The notes: generated from the sequence alone by a model not told the origin. Counted from the stretch's first letter, positions 1-14,029 are shown. The stretch: 64,000 nucleotides of DNA from Harriotta raleighana (GCA_050575255.1 JBNZDD010013632.1:2685122-2749121); one strand, 5' to 3'. Numbers and translations: made by a program.

Positions 1-3000
1 TAATTCACCATCATGGAAGGTCTGAGCTCATGTCTTCTCTCGTGGGTCGAGTTGTAAAATTATTATTGCACAGCTCAGTGTGGGAGAACTCTACAATGTC
101 AGAAAAATACTATTTAATAAGTATTGTACTCTGATTGACCTTCAGAAAGAAAGGACAAGCAACAAGCAAAAACTCTAATATGAAATACTAGGGGCATATG
201 AAATTAATTGAAAGGTGCAATCCACTTTAAATACTAGAGTTGTAATTAACGTATTTCACATTCGATGCAGGCTGTAATCATTTCAATACAATAAAATCAC
301 TTTATACCTTGGCCACCATCTTGATTCAGTCTGTTCACACAGGTGTCAGTCTGTAACATCAACATTCACTCAGGGCACCACAGTAGTTGCTGATTTTAAC
401 TCTCAGCATTTTCGGCACTCTGAGCAAAGTGATTAATAAAAGAGAAGGCGCTAATTTGACTAATGGAGTCCTCACCTATTTTATCAATGTCGAGCTCTGC
501 TGCACAATTTTTAGTGATCTCAGTGAGTGCCAAAGATGCAAGATTTGGAATTTAATTTAAGAACCCATATTAATGGGTTTCTGCTCAACACAATGAATCA
601 TTTTAGTTAGGAGTATGTTTTCCTAACAGATTGCAAACGCTTGTTCACTGTAATTTATTCATTGCTGATGAATTTACGTGAGATTCAACAAATACTATTG
701 AAAAGTGTAGCGTGGCCATCTTTTTTTCATTAGGATTAAAAGTTCAACTTGACTCTTGAAACCTGAATCAATTAGTGAATGTTATAACCCTTAATTTATT
801 CCTTTACAAAAATATTCTTTTTTCGCGTTACATTTACTTAGATTAACAACTTTCTTGATATGTCTTTCATATTTTTGATCAAAAGCAAAACCCAACTACT
901 ACTGATATAAAGTTTCAACATTTTATCTGATTTCTCGTGGATTTTTCAACCTGGAAACTTCTGTTTTCAAAATTAAACCTCCTCCTAATTTTACAATTTC
1001 TTTTTATTTAGTTTGTTAGTTTGCACAAAGATGTTATCTGATTGAAAATCTTTTATGTTTCCAAAGGAATGAAAACATACTCCTAACTTGTTACACTTTC
1101 CTGATACATCATAGGGGTGATAACTCTGCAAGCCAAAGCCCTAATAGGTAGGATGGTCCTTGTTGGATAAGCAGGACAAAACTTGCCAGACAGTGTTTGC
1201 AAAGGCAAGTTAGTTATTAAAGATCTGACTACAAATCCAGGCTGTGATAAATAGAAAAGTTATTGTATATTAACAAATAGTAAAATCACTCATCCCAAAT
1301 AATACCTTGAAGGATAATGTGTATAAACATACTTTCATACACACTGTTGAAGAAAGAATATGGATGAAAACTATGTGATAAGTCAAATCTGTGCCTTGCT
1401 TTTAGGCATCCTTCTTTGTACAGGGTTATCAGTCAAAGTAGGAACATAATTTTGTCATCCAGCAGTTTATCATTATAATTGTTAAATGCATGATTCATTC
1501 CTGCATCTTTCCCAGACGTCTGGCACAAAAATAGTAGTTTTACAGATCTCCAGTAGGGACAAGTCGCTACCAAATGATGCCAGGCACAGTTGGAATTCAA
1601 ATGTCTGCACCTGGTTAAATCACTGGCAAACAGGGGCACTATTTGGTTTTGCTTAACGACTGCTATTTACAATAGTTGCTCTGCTTTAATCATTAGACTT
1701 CACAACCTCATTCCAAAATTATCATCTTTCCCATTGAATCCAGCTGGAAGAAGCATTTTATCTGTACTTCATGCATTTTATTACCAAATGTGAGCTACTG
1801 ATGGATCTCACGTGATCATCGATCTGATATAAACCTTTTTGTTTATTCTTGACAAGATGCCTTTACCAATAAAATGTAATCTTGGCCAGTGGAATGATAT
1901 CATTAAACAATTCCAACGCATCATATGATGTGCACAGAGAATAGTCAGCAAAGTGCAAGTGTTCTTTTTTTCAAATAAACCCTAGTGTCACTCTGCCAGG
2001 TGACGAGAGTCCACACACAGGTGGATGGAGTTATTATGTGATTAATTTTTATAAAAATCAGATATCATTCATAGCTGTGTCTGAAGCAGTATCCAAAGAG
2101 CTATCATCTTCAACACCAAAATACAAACCAGGGTGGGAAACCTCATTGAAGAGCCACTCCCATTCCCCTCCCCGCCACCCCCACACACACAAGAAAATAA
2201 GCCAATTCTCTATTAGCAACAAATGCTGTAGTTTGGGGGTGGGAGGAAGTGTAATTACCAGCTGTGACATTTTATATCAAGGTAAAAAATACTATCATCC
2301 TTTGCTGTTAATCTCTAAGTCATCTCTTTATCAAACATCCTGGTTATCTGCTTTAGAACCGTATTTTTTTTCCGTTTCCATTCTTTTTAGTGCAACTGCC
2401 CCAACTCTCCAACTCTTAATTTGCAGCCCTATATTTCCTACCGATTGCACTGTGTTGGACCTAGTTACTGTAATTAAAAACAAGTGTTAATTTATCTATT
2501 ATTCAGGCTCATTTCATTTCACACAAAGGAGTCCGAGCATGACTAGAGCAAAATTAAACAAACCACGAACAATACTGGTTAAAAAGTGTACAATAATAGA
2601 TTGCCCATTGATTTATTGGCCCTGTTTAATTCATGAGCATAACTGATCGATCCTCTTGTTGCACACCATCAACTTGTTATTTAGAACTCCATTTAAAATA
2701 AGCTTTGTAAGATGTGGATATTTTATGAAATGTACAAAGTCTGTCAAATATATATTGTATATATACTGTATATATATATAAACAAAATATCAGTTTTGTT
2801 CTTGTTTCTATGCTAAAGCAAGTGATGCATGCCAGCACTTTAGCATTTGAGTAAATCCACAGCAACAGTAAGATCCATCCAACCACACAGAAGACAGGTT
2901 TTTCACAGAAACCTGGGTAGAATTATACAGTATTAAATCCCATTCATTCAGCCTACATTACTACAGAAAACTTTCTTCATGCTTCAAATAGAACTGATTT

Positions 3001-3513
3001 AAGAATAGTCAATTAAACTATTGTGCATATCATGCAGCCAACAATGTCACTGACTGGCTATTAAAACATAGGTTTGGATGGATGCATTTGACATGGACAT
3101 AAGTCACCCCTGATTAATGTCTCTTAAAGAGGAGGAAAACTGATACCAGTTTAGTTACAAAATATATGGCCATCTTAGATTTTAACTGAAGTTTTTAAAT
3201 CTGTATTTACTATTCCTTTGCAACATTTCCAAGGGGCTTAAAGTAGAAAATTACTATTGATCCAAACAGTTTCTGATACAGAATGCAGAGTATGAATGTA
3301 TTTCATTCACAGTCACTGTCAAAACCTTACTCTGCTGGATTTAATGGAGGTCTGTTATGATTTTCCATGAAGTGAACACATATACTTTAGAACATAGTTA
3401 GAAATGTGAGATCCAAACACGCTATTTAAATTCACCAAAATGTTATACTGGAATCTAGGGCTGCTAATTGCGACCATAAAATGAAACCTGAATATCAGTA
3501 TTTGAACACTTAC

Positions 3514-3755
3514 ATGGTAGAGGGGCACAGTGTTGCTTTCAGCCAGTGGAAAGTTTAAGATGTCTTGTGAAGCAGGGTCAAGTCGCACAGTAGTTGCCAG
3601 CACTGAGGGACTAATAGGGTAACTTGGGCTTCCCGGGTTCTTACTCTTCTTTCTAGATCTCCTGCCTGTGTCTCGTTTGTTGTCCCGCTGTGTCACTGGC
3701 TCCTCTTGAATAATCAGGATCTTATCATCACTCAGGTACCGTAGAAGCGAATTGT
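3514..3755 (-). CDS. CNKSR2: CNKSR2-type exon (equivalent to exon 13)
   Basis: ctcag|ACAATT...TACCAT|gtaagt; 242 nt. (D)NSLLRYLSDDKILIIQEE...KRDTGRRSRKK...QDILNFPLAESNTVPLYH (inside ORF 3355..3780); the NSLLRY, DTG and LYH anchors match CNKSR2. Confidence 0.92.
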
Positions 3756-4424
3756 CTGAGTCAAATGAGGATAAAACCAAAAAGAGGTAAGTTCAAGTGC
3801 AGTTGCGAGGTGCTTACTCTAAAAATGATACAGTAGTTGGTTTGTCACTTCCTCTAAGCTATTCAGACAACCACAAAGTGACATCACTGTCCTTAATCTG
3901 AATGAAGGCAAGTGTGACTAAGTCAAGGAGCATTTCAGAATAATTTATTTGTAGTATCAATTAAATGTAATCTACTCCAAGAATTTGAGAGTATTGAACT
4001 CTATTCTATCTTTAAAAAAAAGGAACAGATTAATCACATGTCGGAGATGCATTTCTATTTTCTTAGTTATGCAACCCACTTCCTGTTACATGGCCACATG
4101 AAAGAGCAATGCTTTTACATTTTGCAAGCATGAACTTGTATGGTTTGGCATGTAATACCGATGAAATAAATGCATTGTTTGGGTAATATTGAAGGATTTT
4201 AAGTTATTTTCTTNGTGCTTTTACATTTTGCAAGCATGAACTTGTATGGTTTGGTCATGTAATACCGATTAAATAAATGCATTGTTTGGGTAATATTGAA
4301 GGATTTTAAGTTATTTTCTTTAAATGTTCAATTAACAGTCAAATAATCAATCTTCGAGTATTCTAGGATGTCAATGTTTCTAAATAGACAGCACCCAGAC
4401 TTAAAAAGATTTGTTTCACAGAAT

Positions 4425-4607
4425 CTTTAATGCCCATCTAAACAAGCAAATAAGACCTCTGTTTAATGTCTCATCTGCAAGATGGTTCTGCTACTGTATT
4501 ATGTTACATTCCCTAAGTAATTCACCGTAGTGTCAGCCTTTACTGTGAGTCGCAGTGTGGAGTCTGAACCCACAACCTTCTGACCTAAAACTAAACCAAG
4601 CTGACAC
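4425..4607 (-). mobile_element. Degraded DeuSINE/SacSINE1-like 5' fragment
   Basis: Motifs gtttaatgtctcatctgcaagatgg, agtgtcagcct and tgaacccacaaccttctgac are shared with the longer copy at 31443-31862. Boundaries approximate. Confidence 0.6.
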
Positions 4608-6203
4608 CTTGTGGCTAAGGTTGACATCATTTTTATTATCTGATCCTTCGGGGAAGAAATTCAAATCCTCAAATCATTTGGACAGGTATTGTCAAGTCGT
4701 GGAAATCAATGATAACTCAGACATATCTCCCTAAAGGACACTCCAATATATAAGCATCCGAAACATGGAATCTGGGTGTACAGAGGAGTATGATGCACAT
4801 TTCTGGCCATGTGCTGTGGCAGTAACTTCAATTATTTCACCGCTAACCGGCAGTATATTCAATCAGGATTGAGTATATTGAACTGCCCTCAACAATCACA
4901 TCCAATAACATCCCATGTACTAAGAATGAGAACTGGCAAGCAGTAGAGCAATCTATTCCGTGAGTTTCTCATTCACCTGTTTGAACACCAAACGGGAGGA
5001 ACGCCTCCCACAATCGGATAGTCGTAATGCCAAATCAAATGAATTTGCCATTCTTTCTAAAACAAAAGACACTATGGACGGTCTAACAAGAAAAGCAGAT
5101 GCCCTAATGGATTATTCTAATCGTTGCCAGATGTCAAAGTCTTCTCTCCCAACTAATCATTTTACTCTCAGTAGTACACTGGAATACACTGAACATCTTG
5201 CACATCATCTTTCAGTGGCGTTTCTGACAGATTGTGCAGAAAATAAGATTGAGGGGAAGACTCCAGAGATGATGATTACAGATGTTGGCAGTGGAGTGCA
5301 CTCTCTGAACTTGACACACACTGTCTGACAGGCAGGTGAAAATGAAATTTCCAAACTCCCCCCTGCAAAGCTCTGTACACATTGACAAAATATTACCAAT
5401 ATTATCAGGATTACCAAAAAGTAAGGTAAATAATTTGATTGAATTATTTTGTACTAATATAGAATGCAAATGTTTTATTCTCACACAATTCAAAATCTTA
5501 TCGAATTATGTTTGATCATATGACACAAGTGGCTTTCTACATGGAAAATAGCTCATATTAATCACAATTTCATGTTAATAAGATAAGTTATTATTTTAAA
5601 GACACACAAACAAACATATACTTTTAGTTATTTTTTCTCATATGACATTCAACATNATAAGTTATTATTTTAAAGACACACAAACAAACAAACATATACT
5701 TTTAGTTATTTTTTCTCATATGACATTCAACATTATGCAAAAAAGAAACAAGCATATCTTTTCAGAATGGGCCACGATGTGCTTTTAACTGTTATGACAA
5801 CTTTACTCTCAGGACTATTGATACTCTCAGGACAGGAGAGGACATGACACTCTCTATACATCTCCAAGATATCTTACTTTTACATCACACTCTTTTTACA
5901 TTGAGTTATAAATTCAGCATCAACTTTAGTTGAAACAATTTTGATGTTTTCCAATACTACTGTGAAGTGTTTAAAACCAGGTCCGTGCTATCTAAAGATG
6001 CCTGTTGAAGTCAGTTCTCAAAACCTTGACAACAAATACTGGAACAGGTGAAGCTGAACAAGGCAAAGTAGTTTGTAATATTTCAGAACCCCGTAGTCGT
6101 CTTTGCAGCAATTTGCTGCATAGTTCAATAACAAGAGATTGAGATAATTTTAGAAGAACAATACCAAACAGTGTATCAACGCAATACCTTCAGTATACGT
6201 ATT

Positions 6204-6386
6204 AAGAACATAAGAACATAAGAATTAGGAGCAGGAGTAGGTCATTCGGCCCTTCGAGCCTGCCCCGCCATTCAATAAGATCATGGCTGATCTTCTGCCC
6301 TAAATCTAATTACCTGCCCTATTCCCATATCCCCTAATCCCTCTATTTTTCAAAAATCTATCAGTCTTAGCCTTGAAAATGTTTAA
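6204..6386 (-). mobile_element. CR1-type LINE 3' end (5'-truncated)
   Basis: (aagaacat)n 8-mer tail followed by aggagcaggagtaggtcattcggcccttcgagcctg, typical of a CR1 3' UTR read on the opposite strand. Confidence 0.75.
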
Positions 6387-8299
6387 GTATTAACATGCAA
6401 CCACTTGGAACTTTTTTAAAAAGAATAATGAACAAAATTTTTAAAAATGGAAATGATAAGATATGATGCATTCGTTGCATGGAATTAACATCAGGGTACA
6501 TCAGTCCAACCACAGTTTAAAAAATATAAACGTGATTATGAAAGAGATATGAAACGAGAGACAATGATGGGTTGAAATGTGCATTGTTGAAGCGAATTGA
6601 ATTGTAAAAATCATAAAATTAAACAATACATCTGTATCTTGCTATTTCAAGACTATGAACAGCCAAGTCATTTCCATATAAAATCCGATAGCTTCAGTAC
6701 AACTTCATAGTTATAACTGAGTAGAACCATTTTACAAGCTAGTCAGGTAAAATTACACCTATTATAACAACACTCTTTATCCTGATACCAGAAGTAATTG
6801 GATCAGACTGCATGGTGCCTGTTTACTGCTGCTGGTATCCCATGACTTCACTGTTGTGTATTTCCACGTATTTGGCACCAGGAAAAAAAACAATAGGACT
6901 GTGGCACTTACTCTCATGTCAGGAAACATCATGCAGTGAACGTCTCTCTTATTCTGCTGCAAACATGGTGAATAAAATGGTGACCGAGCTGTTAATAGGA
7001 TAAGTGTCCTTTCTGATGTTTAATGACTTAACATGTTGGAAACAAATATCACAGTAAGCCTGCTAGACTGCATTAGCGATTGCAGGGTTGTTTCCACCTT
7101 GCACTGATTAAATTGAGTTGGCTCCATATGAATCCATAAAAAATTGCAGTTAAAACAATAGTGGGTTTGATATTAGAAAGCCCATTTAGATAATGATTTT
7201 GATCAAATATTATATGCTGTTTACATCAGACATAAGAAAGTGGCCATGTGGAACTATGTTTATGGCATCCTCATCTCATCTAATGAAGATGCGAAAAGTT
7301 CTTTGCCCCCATAGCCTATGTTGCAGACTTCATTGTTGGTATATGCCGAATTAGCTGATCTCAGACAGGGCACCTTTTGGGGCAATACAAACAGACCCCG
7401 GGAAAACCAGGTTAAGAGATAAGAAAATCAGCTCATTACTAAGCAGAGGCTGCTGATGAAATGTTTGTGCGTACAGATGGAAAGAGATGAGAGGATTGGG
7501 ATTACACATTTTGCTGATTGCCAGAGATAAAATTGAAAAGCAACAAAATTGCAAAAGTACAGTACTTCTAAAGTATATCAGAAACTGATTCACATTGCTG
7601 GTGTCTTAATTTATTTCACCAATAATCGACCTCTACATCACTGCACTGAAGCTTGACCATCAATAATTCCTGGACCAGTAAATATCACTCTTTATTAATA
7701 ATAACAATATTGTTACGATTCTTCTTCCCTCTGCTCTCGATACAGGAGTTTGTTGACTAGCTATTGTAATACAAACTTGTTACATGCACATGAGATAATT
7801 AATCTCTTGTTTGGATCTAGATGTCGCAATTAACACCAATCAGCACCAACTGAGCATCCAGTCAGCTGTATGAAGTATTTTGAGGTGTCTTCCCAAATTG
7901 AAAAGCGTTAAATAAATGTGAACTGTTGTTATTATTGCTGTTGTTTATCACACGTTTTCATAATACAGTACTGTAATAGGAATTTTAGACCATGCCGACC
8001 TTATATGATGTCCATCTAGGCTTCCTAGTCAAAAGAATATCAGAATGGAAAGATGCATTTAAAGGGGTCACTTCTTCTCCCTCCAGTTAAATTGCAAATA
8101 AGCAAAAATTCAGCCAGCTCAGCAGTTAAAGTTAAGATAAGATTTAGGGAGCAGAAGCAAATGGTTAAATGTCTAAGGAGACTGAAGAGAACATTAACAT
8201 AAATAAATCATTGGTTTGAGCTCGGCTGGACAGACTCATGAGAAATAAGACGGTTATTTGACCTCTGTCAAAGCTACATTTTAATTATTCTGTTTTGGA

Positions 8300-8613
8300 G
8301 TGGAGTCCTGTAGCTCAGTGGCTAGAGTACTCGCTTTACAAGCGAGAGACCTTGGTTCAATTCCAGGCAGAGTGTAACCATGGACAAGTTTCCTTACTCC
8401 ACATGCCTAATGATAATCCCTCAAAAAACAATAATAAATTCACAATTTTAATCCACGACTGTTTGAGGGACACTGCTGTGCGCAATTGGATGCCGCGTTT
8501 CGCCCACATATATACAGTCAATTTACTTTACAGTATATGCTGTGAAGCATTTTGAGACATCTACTGAAAACGTGAAAAGCCCTATTTCAAATGCATGGAT
8601 TATTATTGTTGTT
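8300..8613 (+). mobile_element. tRNA-derived SINE, full length (~310 bp family)
   Basis: A-box-like tagctcagtgg, B-box-like ggttcaattcc, body gtgcgcaattgg...cccaca, L2-like tail ending (att)n; many homologous copies in the window. Confidence 0.9.
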
Positions 8614-9126
8614 GATAAAACTATGCTTCAGATTTTCCTCCTTTGTGTTTTACTCCTTCCATTGAAAAAACAATGATAATGTAACTTAACAAAAAAAGTG
8701 ACATTTTTATATTTAAATACAGTGATGTCCTTTATAAGGAATCTAGTTTCAAGAGCACCTGCAAAGGAAATATTAATGACTTTGAACCTACATTTTGACT
8801 GAGTTATAGGGATTCTGAGAAGATTGCAAATTGGATGAATAAAAAACAGAACAAGTGTGTTTGGTCTTTTCCTTATTCTGAATGCATTGAAAATATGTAC
8901 CTTCATACTGTATGTATCTGCACACTATATACAGTATATACTTGATGATGAATGCTTCAGATACTGTTCAGCAGCTGGAAACTGGAAGATGAGCCAAATG
9001 AATAGCATGATACTAAATGGACTCAGGTTTGCTAAGAAGTCAATGTGTCAGCTTTTCTTTCATTACTGGTGAAATTGTGGACTGCTTTGTCTTGAATCAT
9101 CACTGAAATCTATTTCAAAATTCATA

Positions 9127-9258
9127 TAATAATAATCCTTTCATGTGATATAAGCTTTTCACATCTTCTAGACGTCTCAAAGTACTTCACAGTGAATTGA
9201 CCATATAGTTGTGGGCGAAACGCGGCAGCCAATTGCGCATAGTGGTTCCCACAAACAT
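9127..9258 (-). mobile_element. SINE 3' half (same family)
   Basis: aataataatcct...tctagacgtctcaaag...gtgggcgaaacgcggcagccaattgcgca is the reverse complement of the family's 3' half. Confidence 0.8.
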
Positions 9259-10933
9259 AGCCTGAAAAGGTCATGATGGATGGGAAGACAGCAAACCATT
9301 TAAGGTTCCTGTGAGAGTTTAAGGTTGGGACTTGTGTTACATGAAAAAAACCAAATACAATTCAAGGAAACTTAAGCTAAAACGGAATAAGGATTTGATA
9401 GTACTATTTTCCTTTTTTAAAATTAGTCCTGTTTGCATATGGCTAATAACAATGAAATCCAATAATTTCAGCATAATTATTCATCGGGGAATGAGCAAAA
9501 TATGCATTAGGACTGAATCATGTTTACATCTGATGATTCCAAATAGTGATACAATATTTTGGAAAGCCCATTTCCAATATAGTTCAGGTTATTGGACATG
9601 CCAATTGTACAATGGTTTACAAAGATAAAAGTACAGATTGTGTTGTATTGAATAGCATGGGACAGCATCAAATTGAAAGAATATTTTTAAACAGGGTGGA
9701 AATTCGTGGGTAACTTTGGTTAAGTGTTCTTTTTAAAACGTTGTATTAAAGATATATATTACACTTGTAATATGACATAACACTTGTACCTAATATACTA
9801 AGTAGCTGATAGAAAGCTATGCTTGGTATAATTAAAAAAGAATCTGTACAGCCTTGAGCTGTGTGGCTCACTGCAATTTAAGATATCACACCCCACTGAG
9901 CAGTAAAAATATGAAGCAAATCTAGCCTGATTGCACAAATGTCCAAATATGTCTTGGGGAAAAAAAAAGCAAACTGCAATAATTCTGAACTGTAGCTTTA
10001 GGAAAGCACAGGCAAACAAATGGTGTGTCACTAGGAAGCCTGGAGAAAGAAACAAAAACTTCCATTATTCATGAATGGCCTTGTACTTTACTCTTCACTG
10101 CTCATGCCATCAAATCTCACCCTGATATATTGAAAAGGAAATCTTTAATATTGAAGGAGTTCATTATTTTTACTGCCAAGAAGCAGGATGCAGCAAAACA
10201 ACCAGCACCCCACCCCCTCTTCACACCACACGATTCAACTTTAGGCTAGTTTAGCCAACTTCATGCTATTAATATTTGTGTAGCACAAAGTGGTTTTATG
10301 GCACAAAACAGAATCTATTTTAAACCGGAAAGCTATGCAGATGTTAAGTTGGTGCCTTTACAATATAATGATTCCCGAACTCAAAAATGTTTGTGCAAAT
10401 TAAAGACAACACATTTTCCGAACAGCGTCTCCTTTCTCCTCTCAGACATGTTTTCAGTGCAGCAATATCCTTGCCAGGTTTTTAAGTAACAGTGAAAACA
10501 AGCGGACAATGCGAGAACGCTGTTGGAACCTGGCCATCAACTCCCACCACATTGGATCTCATTGTCACGAGCAGCATTTGCTCTGTAGCAATAAGTACAA
10601 GAAAAAAAAAGGCAACAAATGGTATTTGAATCTACTTGTTGCATTCAAAACAATTACAATACAATTTATATTTGTAGCATCTTTCACGTCGAGAAGATGT
10701 CCCAAAGTATTTGAGCATTCCAGCAGTGCAAAATGCATCAATAATTCATAGGTATATCTAGTGCCAAATCATCATTTTGATGTTACTTGGCACTAATTAA
10801 AATCGGTAGTGTTGCCACACAAAGCTTTAAACAACTGCATTAATGGCGAAAGAGATACTGGCTCTAAAATGCACAATGAAATGTCTCAGGCTGTCTTGCC
10901 CTACCCACAATTATCAACAGCAGAGATACTCAC

Positions 10934-11020
10934 CTCTGCTACCTCTCTTATACATGTTGGGCTCCTTGGATTCTCCCAACCAACTGTACTCTGTTGGCAT
11001 GGATACAGGCCTCAAGTCAC
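10934..11020 (-). CDS. CNKSR2: CNKSR2-type exon (equivalent to exon 12)
   Basis: ttctag|GTGACT...GCAGAG|gtgagt; 87 nt, phase 1/1. (G)DLRPVSMPTEYSWLGESKEPNMYKRGSR, matching the CNK LRPISMP motif. Confidence 0.93.
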
Positions 11021-12889
11021 CTAGAAGCAACCCAATAAGCAATTGCAATAAGCAGTAAGCGTATGAATGCACTAAGAATCTTCTTGCAGTTAAAATAATT
11101 ACATTTTGGGCACAGTTCCATATTTCAGTAGCTTTGATAAAGATGTCATCGTGAAATACTATTATCATGAAATACTATATTATTTCCAGCAGCTAAAAGA
11201 CAGATATTTAGTGTATTTCCTCAGTAATGTTCACTTACCACAGAGGCAGCTCACCTACTAACTTCAGACGGATATATTAACCTCTAATGTTCCACTGTAT
11301 GGCAGGTAAGCCATTTGGAGCATCCTATAATTGATTTTTTTTAAAATCCACCAAATCGCAAAGTATTAAATAACAATAATTGAAATGGAAGGCACCTCTA
11401 CATTTCAACTCTGGTGCAATGTAGAGGTGCCAATTATGTAGAGGTGCAAATTATTCTCATAGTTCCTACTTTTGCAGATCATACAGTAAGAGACTACGAC
11501 AACTATACCTAAAGACTTGGGAATTGTAAGCTTGAAGAGACATAATTGTGTTTGAATTGGCAGACACCAAGACCCTGTAGAAATCTGAGTTTCAGCGCTC
11601 TGACTTGGGCTCCCAGGAATTCACTTCCATATGCGAAGGGTCATTATCTGAGTCTTAGTAGTATATGTATCATCAGAATGCAGATGGCCTATAAAAGGTT
11701 TAGGATGCTGGAAATTGCCACAGACCCTGAGGAAAGCAGTGGACTGAACACGATGAGGAGAAGCAGCCAAGTGGAACAACAAATTGGGGTCTTACTGAAC
11801 ATTAGAGCTCCCACGCAATAATGATTTAGGAAGCGAGCAAACCTAAATGTAGCAATAGAACAAAGAGGAAAGTTAAGCATTCTAATCCAACAAAAGCAAC
11901 CAAAAGGGGGAAGTAAGGCATGAGGCCATTAGTACTTGCTAGAGGTGATAATACTATCTGAAAGAGATTTTTTTTTCATATCTGTATTGTGCTGTGCAAC
12001 AGAAGAAATATAGATATGAATATAATTTGCTAACTTGCTAACTTATGTGGCACATTTCTCTGCATTCTTCCTAATTGTCTGACTTAACCATTTTTCTGGA
12101 AGATGCAAAAAGAAACTCACAGCGACATTATGCATCAAAGTGGGTCAGTCCTATTGGAATAAATATCATTATTTTGAAAGCAAGTACGGCAAGCAGGAAT
12201 GTGATTATTGTAAAAATGTGATGCACAATTGAAGTTACTTGCAATGTAACAATTTACTGGAATATGCCCTAACACTACTGAAGTGAATGGATTATTCTTA
12301 TTAGTTCTTTTCAGCAAGTATTCAATTAGAATATTTTATTGAGGATCCACTGTACTGTAACAGTGTATTTAAAGTTCTGAAACACATGAATTGTTATATG
12401 GCACTGCAATGGCTCATTGCTTGCAGGATGGACAACGCAAGTAAAATACTGGAGTAAGCCGCACATTTTAAATTAAGAATAATGAAGGATCTGTAAACTA
12501 GTTAGATCATTAGTATATGAAAGACGGAATCAAACTCAGCCTAGAGTAATGGAACAGAAATAGGAAAACATGTGCAAAAGGGTAAAGCAACCTGAGCATA
12601 TTTTACGTCAGATGTAAAGATTGTGTACAAGGCGGTGTATTAGTCAGATGCGTCTCGTGGGTTTTAACATTGTTGTGTAGGGCAATAGAGCATCATAAAT
12701 ATTTTTATCAGCCTATTTTTATCCGAGAATGTAACAAGCTCCATTTGTAATTCATAAAGATAAAATTTAAGAGCAATGTGCTAATGGTGCAGGAAATGCA
12801 TATGTCAAACCCTCACATTCAACCTATGGTGAAATTAATGAATATCAATGAAACATGATGAAGCAACTTCTGTATAAGATTCTGTGACA

Positions 12890-13160
12890 AATTGTAGGGA
12901 GGGAAGTTTTAACGCAAATCAAAGGACTGAAGATCAGAAGATAGAAGTTTAACAGATTCAATATAATTACCTTACATAGAAATTGGTAGACAAGGAATTG
13001 ACTCGTAGTGAGGCACTGGAGAGCAGATTGTGTCAGCAAATTCAAGACAGAATTAGATAGCTGTTTGTTAAAGAGATTGATTGAGAAATATCAAAGTACA
13101 CTTTTTTTTCTTTGGGACCAGTTTGATAGACAATGGACTTTTCGTGTCCTGTCTATTCCT
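12890..13160 (+). mobile_element. Old CR1-type LINE 3' remnant
   Basis: gagagcagattgtgtcagcaaattcaagacagaattagatag...gggaccagtttgatagacaatggacttttc resembles the end of CR1 ORF2 and its 3' UTR; degraded. Confidence 0.5.
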
Positions 13161-13354
13161 GCACATGACCCAGAAGATTTCTGTAAATAGCATCTTTGAA
13201 AATGCTTAGATCTTACAAATAATTTATCAACCAAACTGCTAAAACTGAGTTTCCCTGGCAGTCGCTTACAAATGACAAAAGGTAGTATAAAAGAAATGGC
13301 AACACGTTTTTCAATGTAACAATTCAATTTTACTATAGATTAACATAATATTGT

Positions 13355-13495
13355 AATAATAATCCTTGAATTTGGTGTAGCACTTTTCACGACTTCTAGA
13401 CGTCTCAAAGCGATTCATGGAATATGCTGTAAAGTGAAATAACTATATTTGTGGGCGAAATGCGGCAGACAATTGCACACAGCAGTGTATCCACA
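13355..13495 (-). mobile_element. SINE 3' half (same family)
   Basis: aataataatccttg...tctagacgtctcaaagcg...gtgggcgaaatgcggcagacaattgcacacagcagtgt. Confidence 0.8.
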
Positions 13496-14029
13496 TTTAT
13501 GTTCATTTTTGAATATATGTTGATGGTGTTCTGAAAGTGATCTGGGGTCAGGGTAGTGAGATTGAAAACGTGGCTTGTTTTGAGCAGTCTTGACGGGCTG
13601 AGTGGAAGCTCATATATACAGTATATTGGATTAATTGCTGGACAATAAAAAGCATACTGTGTAGACCAATGTTAACTGTTTGTATGGAGGAAGTTATTAC
13701 TAAAGCTAGCCCGAAGAATTGCCTTTGCCTTTTGCATCTTTGTTAGTACTGTACTACATAGTTAGCATCCATTCAATGTGTTTTGTATCAAACTCAACAC
13801 TTTCATACATCATACATCATACATCAATTTCATGGACAGCGAGAAGACTTTGAGACTTCCTCNAAAAGTACATCATACATCAATTTCATGGACAGCGAGA
13901 AGACTTTGAGACTTCCTCTCAAAAGTGCCACTGCTTAAAGAATCAAATTAATCCATCCACTGGCTGCAGTGTATGAATCAAATTTTTACTGCATTCGATT
14001 TAAAATAGCATTCAAATGTAATTTAAAAA

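Noticed and set aside
2038-2490. 150-aa + strand ORF
   Set aside because: Non-ATG start, no recognisable domain, antisense to the host intron.
3355-3513. Read-through of the exon 13 ORF as an alternative C-terminus
   Set aside because: A consensus gtaagt donor sits exactly at the homologous exon end, and the extension has intron-like composition with no support.
1-3513. Search for the next exon (equivalent to exon 14, TFQQSS...KKKNKG)
   Set aside because: No matching peptide with splice sites was recognised; probably outside the window, though a short diverged exon could have been missed.
4960-5328. 122-aa + strand ORF as a nested antisense gene
   Set aside because: No recognisable homology or domain; this length is achievable by chance.
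8300-8375. tRNA-Val(TAC)-like gene (stem ctcgc-tttacaa-gcgag, A and B boxes)
   Set aside because: No proper acceptor stem or terminator; it continues into a SINE body and recurs at 14696, 29307, 30828 and 49966 with variable anticodons, so it is a SINE head.
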